A program made the translations under genes and the position numbers. Shown here in pieces: positions 45,070 to 53,530 of a stretch of 64,000 bases of DNA. The stretch covers positions 13,070 to 77,069 of the forward strand of contig JAFUEI010000024.1 of assembly GCA_017464025.1 (NCBI GenBank), given 5' to 3'. The notes beneath the pieces are model-generated. The model was not told where the DNA came from. It saw nothing but the letters and a program-made list of their open reading frames with translations, and did not search any database. The DNA is from Paludibacteraceae bacterium. Lineage in GTDB: Bacteria; Bacteroidota; Bacteroidia; Bacteroidales; Paludibacteraceae. Position 1 is the stretch's first letter; each line of letters begins with the position of its first letter.

Positions 45070-46281
45070 ATGACTCCCGACCAATTGCAAGATATCAAGA
45101 TGCGCTTCGGCATCATCGGTAATGCCGAAGGCCTCAACCGCGCCATCGAGCGCGCCTATATGGTTGCTCCTACCGACTACAGCGTACTCATCACCGGCGA
45201 GAGCGGAACCGGCAAGGAGTTCTTCCCCAAGATTGTGCATACCTTCTCCGCACGCAAACACGCACAATATATCGCCATCAACTGCGGCGCCATACCCAAC
45301 GGCACCATCGACTCCGAACTATTCGGACACGTGAAAGGTGCTTTCACCGGTGCCGTTAGCGACCACAAAGGCTATTTCGAAGAAGCAAACGGCGGCACCA
45401 TCTTTCTCGATGAGGTGGGCGAACTCCCCCTGGAGACGCAGGTTCGCCTCCTCCGTGTGCTCGAGCAGGGCGAGTTCATACGCGTCGGCAGCTCGCAGGT
45501 GCAGAAGACCAACGTCCGCGTTGTGGCCGCCACCAACGTCAATCTGCAGGATGCCATCCTGCGCGGACGCTTCCGCGAAGACCTCTTCTACCGCCTCTCC
45601 ACCATTGCCATCGAGGTGCCCGCCTTGCGCGAACGCAAAGAAGACATTCCCGTCCTCTTCCGCAAGTTCGCAGCCGACTGCACCGAGCGCTACCGTATGC
45701 CGCCCGTCCGTCTCACCGACGATGCCAAACTGCTGCTGCAGAACTACTACTGGCGCGGCAACATCCGCCAGCTCAAGAATGTGGCCGAACGTATCTGCGT
45801 GCTTGAACAGCGCCGCGAGATTTCGGCCGCCGTACTCCGCCCCTATCTGCCACAAGAAGAGCAGCAGCGGGGCTTGGCACGCTACGGAGCCATACCCGAA
45901 GGCGACTATCAGACCGAGCGGGAACTGCTCTACAAGGTGCTCTTCGACATGAAACGCGAATTGGACGAACTCAAAGCCATCGTCCATAGCGGCTGGAAGC
46001 CCCGTGAGCATGTTGAAGAAGCGGAAACGGCGGGCGCACTGCTCACCTACAGCGCCCACGATGCGCACCCGCATGATGCCGAAGAATACCAGCAGGCCGA
46101 AGTGCTCACCGATGACACCGAAGAGAAAACACCGCAGAACCTTACCATGCAGGAGCTCGAGCGGGAGACCATCCGCCGCGCCCTCGAACGCCATGGCGGC
46201 AACCGCAAACAGGCAGCCCTCGAACTCGGTATGGCCGAACGTACCTTCTATCGCAAGATTAAGGAATACAACCTCGTATGA
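45070..46281 (+). CDS. Sigma-54-dependent Fis-family transcriptional activator (no receiver/sensor domain)
   Basis: The AAA+ sigma-54 interaction domain starts near the N-terminus (VLITGESGTGKE, GAFTGA, ELPLETQVRLLRVLE). A C-terminal Fis-type HTH is present (AALELGMAERTFYRKIKEY). Confidence 0.92.
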   Translation: MTPDQLQDIKMRFGIIGNAEGLNRAIERAYMVAPTDYSVLITGESGTGKEFFPKIVHTFSARKHAQYIAINCGAIPNGTIDSELFGHVKGAFTGAVSDHKGYFEEANGGTIFLDEVGELPLETQVRLLRVLEQGEFIRVGSSQVQKTNVRVVAATNVNLQDAILRGRFREDLFYRLSTIAIEVPALRERKEDIPVLFRKFAADCTERYRMPPVRLTDDAKLLLQNYYWRGNIRQLKNVAERICVLEQRREISAAVLRPYLPQEEQQRGLARYGAIPEGDYQTERELLYKVLFDMKRELDELKAIVHSGWKPREHVEEAETAGALLTYSAHDAHPHDAEEYQQAEVLTDDTEEKTPQNLTMQELERETIRRALERHGGNRKQAALELGMAERTFYRKIKEYNLV

Positions 46282-46781
46282 AACAGTTCATCCTCTGCAT
46301 AGCAGCCATGATCGGCCTCTCTTCGTGCCTCATACAGTACAAGTTCAACGGCGCGAGCATCGACTACAGCAAAATCAAAACCATTGCCATAGCCGATTTC
46401 CCCAACAATGCCGCCCTCGTCTATGCACCCCTCTCCAACGACCTGAGCGAGGGCATACGCGACCAATACACCAAGCAGACCCGCCTGCAGGTCAACCGCC
46501 GCGACGGAGACCTTGAGCTCGAAGGCGAAATCACAGGCTACGACCTCGCGCAGATGTCGGTCTCTGCCGACTCCTACGCATCCGAGACCAAACTCACTCT
46601 TACCGTCAAGGTTCGCTTCACCAACAACGTCAACCCCGAAGAGTCCTTCGAGAAGACCTACTCCGCCTTCCAGACCTTCGATGCCTCACGACTGCTCAAC
46701 GACGTGCAGGAAGAACTCTGCAAGGAGATGATTAAAGAGATTGCCGAGAACATCTACAACGACACCGTTGCGAAATGGTAA
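46278..46781 (+). CDS. lptE: LptE-family LPS-assembly lipoprotein
   Basis: 167 aa with lipobox IGLSSCL. It has a Bacteroidetes LptE-like pattern (YKFNGASIDYSKIKTIAIADFPN...GDLELEGEITGY) and an ATGA overlap with the activator gene. Confidence 0.65.
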   Translation: MKQFILCIAAMIGLSSCLIQYKFNGASIDYSKIKTIAIADFPNNAALVYAPLSNDLSEGIRDQYTKQTRLQVNRRDGDLELEGEITGYDLAQMSVSADSYASETKLTLTVKVRFTNNVNPEESFEKTYSAFQTFDASRLLNDVQEELCKEMIKEIAENIYNDTVAKW

Positions 46782-46868
46782 GATTTCGTTTGCGTATGTA
46801 AAAAAAAAGTAGTTACTTTGCAGTCCGTGACAAATAACCGGAACTGAAAATATAAACAACTGATTACT

Positions 46869-47201
46869 ATGTATATCTTACTCACAGTACTTATCGTATT
46901 GGCAGCCGTGCTTCTCACGCTGCTCGTTTTGGTACAGAACTCCAAAGGCGGCGGTCTGGCTGCCGGTTTCAACAGTGGCAACCAAGTGATGGGTGTCCGC
47001 AAAACCACTGATTTTCTGGAGAAAGCCACATGGACTCTCATCGCCGCCATCGCCATCCTCTCCGTAGTCACCGTTTGGGTGGCAAAGAATCAGAAGACGG
47101 TTGACCACAATCAGTCCGCTATCAGCGAGCAGGTTCAGGAAGCCGCACAGGAAAACGCTGCTCCCGTTCAGGGATTCGGCGAAGAGGCTGCCGAAGAGTA
47201 A
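46869..47201 (+). CDS. secG: Preprotein translocase subunit SecG
   Basis: 110 aa. LLTLLVLVQNSKGGGLAAGF is the SecG signature. Confidence 0.85.
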   Translation: MYILLTVLIVLAAVLLTLLVLVQNSKGGGLAAGFNSGNQVMGVRKTTDFLEKATWTLIAAIAILSVVTVWVAKNQKTVDHNQSAISEQVQEAAQENAAPVQGFGEEAAEE

Positions 47202-47331
47202 TTCTTCACAACACCACACCACTAACATACAGCAGGGGCTCCCACGGGTCTCTGCCTTGTTGTGTAGATGCCTCCAGACAACACACCGCATCCCAGTTGC
47301 TCTTCCCCTTGCGCAATCGCTGAATTTTCCG

Positions 47332-47339
47332 TACCTTTG
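47332..47339 (+). promoter_or_regulatory. -7 box TACCTTTG upstream of the DPP-III gene
   Basis: TACCTTTGCACACG lies 60 nt before the ATG at 47400. Confidence 0.5.
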
Positions 47340-47399
47340 CACACGACAAACCGTCAATCGCAAAAACATAGTCTATCGTAATCCCAAATTGATCATACC

Positions 47400-49451
47400 A
47401 TGAAAAAAATGCTTTGCCTCGCGGCTGTGGCCCTTATAGCGGCCGGCTGCCACAAACAAACAAACCAACCCATCAACTACAACGTGGACAAATTCTATGA
47501 CCTCGAAGTCCTGCGCTACGACGTGCCGGACTTCCAATCGCTCTCGCTTCAGCAGAAGAAGCTCGTCTATTACCTCACCGAGGCCGCCCTGCAGGGACGC
47601 GACATCCTCTACGACCAGAACTGCAAATACAACCTCGCCATCCGTCGGGCTCTGGAGAGCATCTACGTCAACTACCCCGACAAGCAGGACCCGCAGTATC
47701 TCCTCATGGAGAAATACCTCAAGCGCGTCTGGTTCAGCAACGGCATTCATCACCACTACAACGAAGACAAGTTCCTGCCCGAGTTCACGGAAGACTGGTT
47801 CCGCTCGGCATGGCAATATGTGGACTCGGCGACGACTCAGCTCTACGGCCACTGCCTCAACAATCTGGTCCCCGTCATATTCGACCCCAATATTCTCCCC
47901 AAGAAAGTCAACCAGGCCGACGGGGTGGATTTGTTGGCCACATCCGCCTGCAACTACTATCAGGGGCTCACGCAGAACGAAGCCGAAGCTTGGTATGCAG
48001 CCCACAAAGACAACTCCGACGAGCCGCTGTGGATTGGTTTGAACGCCCAACTCGTGAAAGACGAGCAAGGCAACATCGTGGAGCGCACCTACAAGGTAGG
48101 CGGTCTCTACGGCCCCGCCCTTGAGAAGGTGGTTTACTGGCTGGAAAAGGCCAAAGAAGTGGCCGAAACCGACCGCCAGAAAGAAGTGATTGAGAAACTG
48201 ATTGAATACAACCGGACCGGCAATCTCAAGACGTTCAACGAGTATGCCATCGCATGGGTGCAGGACCTCGACAGCCGCGTGGACTTCATCAACGGCTTCA
48301 CCGAAGTCTATGGCGACCCGCTCGGCATCACCGGCGCATGGGAAGCTATGGTCAACTTCAAGAACATCGAAGCCACCAAGCGCACCGAGATACTGGCACA
48401 GAACACACAGTGGTTCGAGGACAATTCGCCCACGGCCAAAGAGTACAAGAAAGAGCAGGTGAAAGGCGTGAGTGCCAAGGTTATCAATGCCGCCATCCTC
48501 GGCGGTGACAGCTACCCCAGCACCCCCATCGGCATCAACCTGCCCAATGCCAACTGGATACGCAAAGAGTACGGCTCCAAGTCCGTCACCATCCAGAACA
48601 TCACCGACGCCTACGACAAGGCCGCACAAGGCAACGGCTTCAACGAGGAATTCATGCTGTCCGACAATGAGATACAGATGAGCCGCAAATACGGTGCCAT
48701 CACCGACAACTGCCATACCGACCTGCACGAGTGCCTCGGCCACGGCTCGGGCAAACTGCTCCCCGGCGTGACTAAAGACGACCTCAAAGAGCACGGCTCC
48801 ACCATCGAAGAAGCACGTGCCGACCTCTTCGGACTCTACTACATCGCCGACCCCAAGATGGTGGAACTCGGCATCATGCCCGACAAAGAGGCCTACAAGG
48901 CCGAGTACTACCGTCAGATGATGAACGGCGCCATGACGCAGCTTGTCCGCATCGAGCTCGGCAAAGACCTCGAAGAGGCCCACATGCGCAACCGCCAGCT
49001 CATCGCCAACTGGGTGCTCGCACATGTCAATCCCGAGGCCCCCGAGGTGGAGATTGTAGCCATCCCCGTTGCCAAAGAGAAGAACAGCCACGACACCCCT
49101 GCCGAGCTGAAGCACTATATGCGCGTCAACGACTATGAAGGCCTGCGCAATCTCTACGGACAGCTCCTCGCCATCATCCAGCAAGTCACTTCTACAGGCG
49201 ACTATGCCATGGCAAAGCAGCTCGTCGAAACCTATGCCGTAAAAATTGACCCCGTCCTGCACCGCGAGATGCTGGCACGCTATGAGCGCCTGAATCTGGC
49301 ACCCTACAAGGGCTTTGTCAACCCCGTCTATACGCCTGTCACGGACAAAGAGGGCAACATCACCGACATCCGCATCGACTTCACCGAAGGCTACGCCGAG
49401 CAGCACCTCCGCTACTCGCGCGACTATAGTCCGCTGCCTACATGGAACTGA
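47400..49451 (+). CDS. Dipeptidyl-peptidase III (M49 family) lipoprotein
   Basis: 683 aa with lipobox LIAAGCHKQ. The M49 zinc motifs HECLGHGSG and EEARADL are present. Confidence 0.88.
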   Translation: MKKMLCLAAVALIAAGCHKQTNQPINYNVDKFYDLEVLRYDVPDFQSLSLQQKKLVYYLTEAALQGRDILYDQNCKYNLAIRRALESIYVNYPDKQDPQYLLMEKYLKRVWFSNGIHHHYNEDKFLPEFTEDWFRSAWQYVDSATTQLYGHCLNNLVPVIFDPNILPKKVNQADGVDLLATSACNYYQGLTQNEAEAWYAAHKDNSDEPLWIGLNAQLVKDEQGNIVERTYKVGGLYGPALEKVVYWLEKAKEVAETDRQKEVIEKLIEYNRTGNLKTFNEYAIAWVQDLDSRVDFINGFTEVYGDPLGITGAWEAMVNFKNIEATKRTEILAQNTQWFEDNSPTAKEYKKEQVKGVSAKVINAAILGGDSYPSTPIGINLPNANWIRKEYGSKSVTIQNITDAYDKAAQGNGFNEEFMLSDNEIQMSRKYGAITDNCHTDLHECLGHGSGKLLPGVTKDDLKEHGSTIEEARADLFGLYYIADPKMVELGIMPDKEAYKAEYYRQMMNGAMTQLVRIELGKDLEEAHMRNRQLIANWVLAHVNPEAPEVEIVAIPVAKEKNSHDTPAELKHYMRVNDYEGLRNLYGQLLAIIQQVTSTGDYAMAKQLVETYAVKIDPVLHREMLARYERLNLAPYKGFVNPVYTPVTDKEGNITDIRIDFTEGYAEQHLRYSRDYSPLPTWN

Positions 49452-49455
49452 CACG

Positions 49456-50487
49456 TTGATACGCCTCCGGCTTCCCATATCGAAAAGTATCGCCAATCGT
49501 CTCCTCATCCTGCACGCCTTGAGAGGAGACGATTTGGCATGCTTGACCCTTGATGCGTCCGCCCCCGGCGATGTGCGCCTTCTGCACGGCATACTAACCC
49601 GCCCCCTTCCGCCCGTCGTCCATTGCGCCAACTGCGGCACGGCCATGCGTTTCCTCACCGCCTATTTCGCACAACGGGCCGGCATCGAACTCACGCTTGA
49701 CGGCTCGGAGCGCATGCGCCGGCGACCTGTCGGACAACTGGTCGATGCCCTGCGCCAACTCGGGGCGGATATTGAATATAGGGGAGAGGAAGGCTTCCCG
49801 CCGCTGCATATCAGAGGCAGGCAACTGCAACACAAGAAGGTATCCGTTCTCCGGCCGCAAAGCACCCAGTTCGTGAGTGCGCTGCTGCTGATAGGAGCCG
49901 ATGTTGTGACCGACTGCCGCTCTCCCTATATCGACATGACCCGTACGCTCTGCAACCACCCCCTCGCTGACGAACCCGCCGCCATCGAACGCGACTGGTC
50001 GGCAGCGGCTTTCTGGTACGAGTGGGTGGCCTTGCACGGGGGGACACTTTTCCTGGAAGGCCTCTGTCAGGACAGCCTGCAGGGCGACCGCATCGTTGCC
50101 GACCTCTTCAGCCGATTCGGCGTCCGGACTACCTACCGTTCGGACGGAGTGTTGCTCGAAGCCTTGCCCAAGCCTTGCCCAAGCCTTGCCCAAGAAATCG
50201 ACTTCTCTGCTTGTCCCGACCTCTATCCGGCCGTCTTCGCCACGTGCGTGCGGCTCGGCATACGCCTGCCCTTCACGGGCTTGGAGCGCCTGCCGCTCAA
50301 GGAGAGCGACCGCCTTGCCGCAATGCGGCAGCTGGTTGACGAACCTCAGAAAGAGATCTACCGCACCTTTGGCGACCATCGCATCGCCATGGCCATGCTG
50401 TGTGCCGGCTACGGTGTGGACGATACGGATTGCATCAGCAAGTCCTACCCGCAGTTTATGGAGCAATGGAGAACATTACCGTCATAG
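49456..50487 (+). CDS. aroA: 3-phosphoshikimate 1-carboxyvinyltransferase (EPSP synthase)-like protein, short form
   Basis: IRLRLPISKSIANRLLILHAL..., RRPVGQLVDALRQLGA, LPLKESDRLAAM and GDHRIAMA motifs are present. The first possible start after the DPP-III stop is TTG 49456. The ORF track start at 49315 overlaps DPP-III. Confidence 0.7.
   Translation: MIRLRLPISKSIANRLLILHALRGDDLACLTLDASAPGDVRLLHGILTRPLPPVVHCANCGTAMRFLTAYFAQRAGIELTLDGSERMRRRPVGQLVDALRQLGADIEYRGEEGFPPLHIRGRQLQHKKVSVLRPQSTQFVSALLLIGADVVTDCRSPYIDMTRTLCNHPLADEPAAIERDWSAAAFWYEWVALHGGTLFLEGLCQDSLQGDRIVADLFSRFGVRTTYRSDGVLLEALPKPCPSLAQEIDFSACPDLYPAVFATCVRLGIRLPFTGLERLPLKESDRLAAMRQLVDEPQKEIYRTFGDHRIAMAMLCAGYGVDDTDCISKSYPQFMEQWRTLPS
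50161..50193 (+). repeat. Perfect 11-nt tandem repeat x3 (GCCTTGCCCAA) inside the EPSP-synthase-like CDS
   Basis: Three exact units encode ALPKPCPSLAQ. The unit length is not a multiple of 3. Confidence 0.95.
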
Positions 50488-51371
50488 TGCCCTTCCGCCA
50501 CGGCACGGAGCCCGACCGCAGACGTTTTCCCGCCGGCACCGTCTTTTCCGACGACGAAGGACAGGGCAAGAAGTATGCGCTGCGGAAAGCCGTCTCCGCC
50601 GCCGCGACGGAGTATGTCTGGCTCACCGACGACGACACGGTGCTGCCCGCCATTGTCTTTGCCGCATCGGAATCTTCCGGGAAGCCGGAAAGGCAGGACT
50701 CTTCGGAGTTCAGCCCGCACAATGCCGACCTGCTCATCCTGCCCCTCAACATGCAGCCCGGCAACGGCTCATTGCTGGAGCGGCTGCAGCAGACCGAGTA
50801 TGCTGCCATCCAGTCGCTGACAATGCTGGCGGCGGAGCACGGCCGGCCGGTCATGTGTTCGGGAGCCAATCTGATTGTGCGCAGAGAGCGCTGGCTCGAG
50901 AGCTATGCCGACCTCCGTCCCGGATTGCCCGGCGGCGACGACATGTTCCTGTTGGAGAGTTTCAAGCGCAGGGGTCTGCGTATCGCTGTGCCGGACGCAG
51001 ACGACTGCCAGCGGCCGGCCGAAGCCGGTGCTTACACAGCTTCCGTCATGCCTCAGCCCGACTTGCGCGGTCTGCTTCGGCAGCGCATGCGCTGGGCAGG
51101 AAAGGCCCCGCACTACACCGACCGCGACATACGCCTGTGCGGCGCGGCGGTGGTGCTGCTCAACCTGCTGGCCGTGGTGTGCCCGCCGTGCTTTGTGCTG
51201 AAATATCTGCTTGACGTGTGGATTATCCGCCGGGGGCGACGCTATGGTATTCGCTGCCCGCACCGGATGCGTCGTGCCTTGTTGCTCTCGCTCATCTACC
51301 CTTGGTATATGCTCATCTGCCTCATCGGAGGCATCTTTCTCTCATTCCGAAAAAGAGAGGTCTCCTTCTGA
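50466..51371 (+). CDS. Glycosyltransferase family 2-like protein with C-terminal TM segments
   Basis: MENITVIVPF...YVWLTDDDTV...GANLIVRRERW...RQRMRWAGK. It overlaps the previous gene by 22 nt. Confidence 0.65.
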   Translation: MENITVIVPFRHGTEPDRRRFPAGTVFSDDEGQGKKYALRKAVSAAATEYVWLTDDDTVLPAIVFAASESSGKPERQDSSEFSPHNADLLILPLNMQPGNGSLLERLQQTEYAAIQSLTMLAAEHGRPVMCSGANLIVRRERWLESYADLRPGLPGGDDMFLLESFKRRGLRIAVPDADDCQRPAEAGAYTASVMPQPDLRGLLRQRMRWAGKAPHYTDRDIRLCGAAVVLLNLLAVVCPPCFVLKYLLDVWIIRRGRRYGIRCPHRMRRALLLSLIYPWYMLICLIGGIFLSFRKREVSF

Positions 51372-51402
51372 GATCCGCTGCTGCCGGCAAGCCACACCAA
51401 AA

Positions 51403-51426
51403 GACATCCGGCAGCTGACGGATGTC
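51403..51426. terminator. Bidirectional terminator hairpin between convergent genes
   Basis: GACATCCG-GCAGCTGA-CGGATGTC. It is followed by a T-rich tract (TTTTGGTG) on the minus strand and by CCTGTGTTTG on the plus strand. Confidence 0.5.
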
Positions 51427-51461
51427 CCTGTGTTTGCGTAGTGTGATTGTTGGGAATCGGT

Positions 51462-51884
51462 TTATTTCTTGAAGCGGGCGAAGAATCCGCGGCGGGGGGC
51501 CTCTTCGGCAGGTTCTTCGGCAACCTCGGCTGCAGGAGCGGCCTCTTCGGCTACGGCGGTCTCTGCGGAAGGTGTCCATTCCTCACGCTCTTCTATCGTG
51601 CCGAACTTCTGCTCCACGAAGCCTATCACGTCACCCAATGCTTCGGTAAAGTGCTTGAAATCTTCTTTATAGAGGAACACTTTGTGCTTTTCAAATACGG
51701 GAGCTTCCTCCTCCATGCCCGACTTCTTCTTGCTCTCGGTGATGCAAAGATACAGGTCTTCGTTGCGAGCCTTCTTCACATCCAAATAATAAATCCGCTT
51801 TCCGGCTTTTACGGAACGGGAGTACACGATTTCCGGCTCCTTGCGGTCTTCAAATCTGCGGTCTTCAAATCTGCGGTTTTCCAT
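51462..51884 (-). CDS. PUR-like DNA/RNA-binding protein (DUF3276)
   Basis: MENRRFEDRRFEDRKEPEIVYSRSVKAGKRIYYLDVKKARNEDLYLCITESKK... The start at 51884 is chosen downstream of the -7 box. A 15-nt duplication at 51843-51872 encodes RRFED x2. Confidence 0.8.
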   Translation of the reverse strand: MENRRFEDRRFEDRKEPEIVYSRSVKAGKRIYYLDVKKARNEDLYLCITESKKKSGMEEEAPVFEKHKVFLYKEDFKHFTEALGDVIGFVEQKFGTIEEREEWTPSAETAVAEEAAPAAEVAEEPAEEAPRRGFFARFKK

Positions 51885-51951
51885 CTCGTTGTGTTTTTTG
51901 TTTTGTTTGCCTTGCAGGCATTGTTGCAATCGCCTTTTCGACAATGCGGTG

Positions 51952-51959
51952 CAAAGGTA
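51952..51959 (-). promoter_or_regulatory. -7 box (minus strand TACCTTTGCACC) for the PUR-like gene
   Basis: Plus-strand CAAAGGTA at 51952-51959. Confidence 0.5.
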
Positions 51960-52049
51960 CACCGTTTTTGCGGAATACGCAAGCACTGAGCAAGAAAATC
52001 TCAAGGAAAAGAGTCTGCTGCCTGCCGGAAAATAAATCTTCGCATTCCC

Positions 52050-52080
52050 TTTGCCATGTCACGCAAAAGCAGTATCTTTG
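52050..52080 (+). promoter_or_regulatory. Promoter (-33 TTTG / -7 TATCTTTG) for nusB-yajC
   Basis: TTTG at 52050-52053 and TATCTTTG at 52073-52080, with a 19-nt spacer. It is divergent from the PUR-like promoter. Confidence 0.6.
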
Positions 52081-52121
52081 CAGCACATAACGAAAGCCCG
52101 GCGCAGCGGCGCCCACTACTT

Positions 52122-53075
52122 ATGATTAACAGAACTCTTGTACGGACAAAGGTCCTCCTCACGCTCTTCGCCTACTATCAGAACGAAGGCAAAACAAAAT
52201 TCACGGCAGAGAAAGAGCTCATGCGCTCGTTTTCAGACACCTATAGTCTGTATTTCCTTCTGCTTGATTTCGTAAACGAACTGACCACGCTGGCGCAGCA
52301 GAAAATCGACGATGCGCAGGAGCGGGCGCAGGCGATGCACACCGATTTCAACGCCAATCCGCGTTTCGTGCAGAACCGCTTTGCGCGGCAGTTGTTCGAG
52401 AACCGTACATTGAGGCACTATCTTGAGGACCAGAAGCTCAGCTGGGATGCCGCCCACGATGCGGTTGAAAACGTCTATCGCCAGCTCATCGATTCCGACT
52501 TCTACAAAGATTACATGTCTTCCACTGAGACGTCCTACGAGGCCGACAAGGCCGTGTGGCGCAAGATATTCACCTATCTGCTGGCCGACAGCGAGCAGAT
52601 GGAAAATGCGTTCGACGAACTCGAAGTCACCCTCGATGCCAGCGGATGGGCGGCCGACATGAACGTCATCCTGAGCTATGTCGTAAAGACTATCAAGCGC
52701 TTCCGCGAAGAAAACGGAGCCGACCAGCCCCTCTTGGAGATGTTCGATTCGGAGGACGAGGTGGACTTCGCCAAGAAGCTCCTCCGCCTCACCATCGAGC
52801 ACTCCGACGAGTACGAACAGCTCATCGCCGATGCACTCAAGAACTGGGATGCCGACCGCATTGCATTCATGGACAAACTCATTCTCAAGACGTCGCTGGC
52901 AGAGATATTCGGCTTCCCCTCCATCGCCGTCGAAATCACGATGAACGAGTATCTCGACCTCGCTCACGAATACTCCACCGAAAGTAGCCCGCAGTTCATC
53001 AACGGGGTGCTCGACCAGATCATCCGCCGCGCCAAAGCAGAGAACCGCCTGCTCAAGGCCGTGCCGATGAACTGA
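52122..53075 (+). CDS. nusB: Transcription antitermination factor NusB (long Bacteroidetes form)
   Basis: MINRTLVRTKVLLTLFAYY with a C-terminal NusB core (NWDADRIAFMDKLILKTSLAEI...INEYLDLAHEYS...FINGVLD). The start is chosen downstream of the promoter. Confidence 0.85.
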   Translation: MINRTLVRTKVLLTLFAYYQNEGKTKFTAEKELMRSFSDTYSLYFLLLDFVNELTTLAQQKIDDAQERAQAMHTDFNANPRFVQNRFARQLFENRTLRHYLEDQKLSWDAAHDAVENVYRQLIDSDFYKDYMSSTETSYEADKAVWRKIFTYLLADSEQMENAFDELEVTLDASGWAADMNVILSYVVKTIKRFREENGADQPLLEMFDSEDEVDFAKKLLRLTIEHSDEYEQLIADALKNWDADRIAFMDKLILKTSLAEIFGFPSIAVEITMNEYLDLAHEYSTESSPQFINGVLDQIIRRAKAENRLLKAVPMN

Positions 53076-53114
53076 GCAACAATCACGCGGACTAACATCT
53101 AAACTTCTATCAAT

Positions 53115-53489
53115 ATGCTTAACTACATCCTTTTGCAGGCAGCCGAAGGTGCTGCCAACCCGCAGGGCGGCAACAGCTGGTCGTTCTGGGTAATGATGAT
53201 TCTCATCTTCGTTGTCTTCTATTTCTTCATGATCCGGCCCCAAACCAAGAAGCAGAAAGAGCTTCAGCAGCAGCGTGATGCCATGAAGAAAGGCGACAAA
53301 GTGCTGACCGCCGGAGGTATCTACGGCGAGATAAAGGAAGTGCAGGAAAATGCCTTCATCATCACCATCGCCAAAGACATCACTATCAAGGTGGACAAAG
53401 GCTCCGTCTATACCGTCACGGAAGAGACGAAGAAAGACGACAAGAAGGAAGACAAGAAAGAAGACAAGAAAGAAGACAAGAAAGACTGA
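53115..53489 (+). CDS. yajC: Preprotein translocase subunit YajC
   Basis: FFMIRPQTKKQKELQQQRDAMKKGDKVLTAGGIYGEI. The C-terminal (DKKE)4 tail comes from 12-nt repeats at 53439-53486. Confidence 0.88.
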   Translation: MLNYILLQAAEGAANPQGGNSWSFWVMMILIFVVFYFFMIRPQTKKQKELQQQRDAMKKGDKVLTAGGIYGEIKEVQENAFIITIAKDITIKVDKGSVYTVTEETKKDDKKEDKKEDKKEDKKD

Positions 53490-53530
53490 GCAGCAAGCAG
53501 CAGCCTGCTTCAGACACACTTTTCTTTTTC

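Noticed and set aside
46814-46820. TTACTTTGCAG upstream of secG as a -7 box
   Set aside because: It has only one spacer base between TA and TTTG (TACTTTG), so it does not fit TAnnTTTG. secG may be co-transcribed with lptE. It is mentioned in findings but not annotated as a feature.
50096-51214. 372-aa ORF spanning the aroA-like 3' end and the GT2 gene in another frame
   Set aside because: It is a Pro/Arg/Ala-rich shadow frame with no motifs. It is relevant only as the frame entered if the 11-nt repeat gained one unit.
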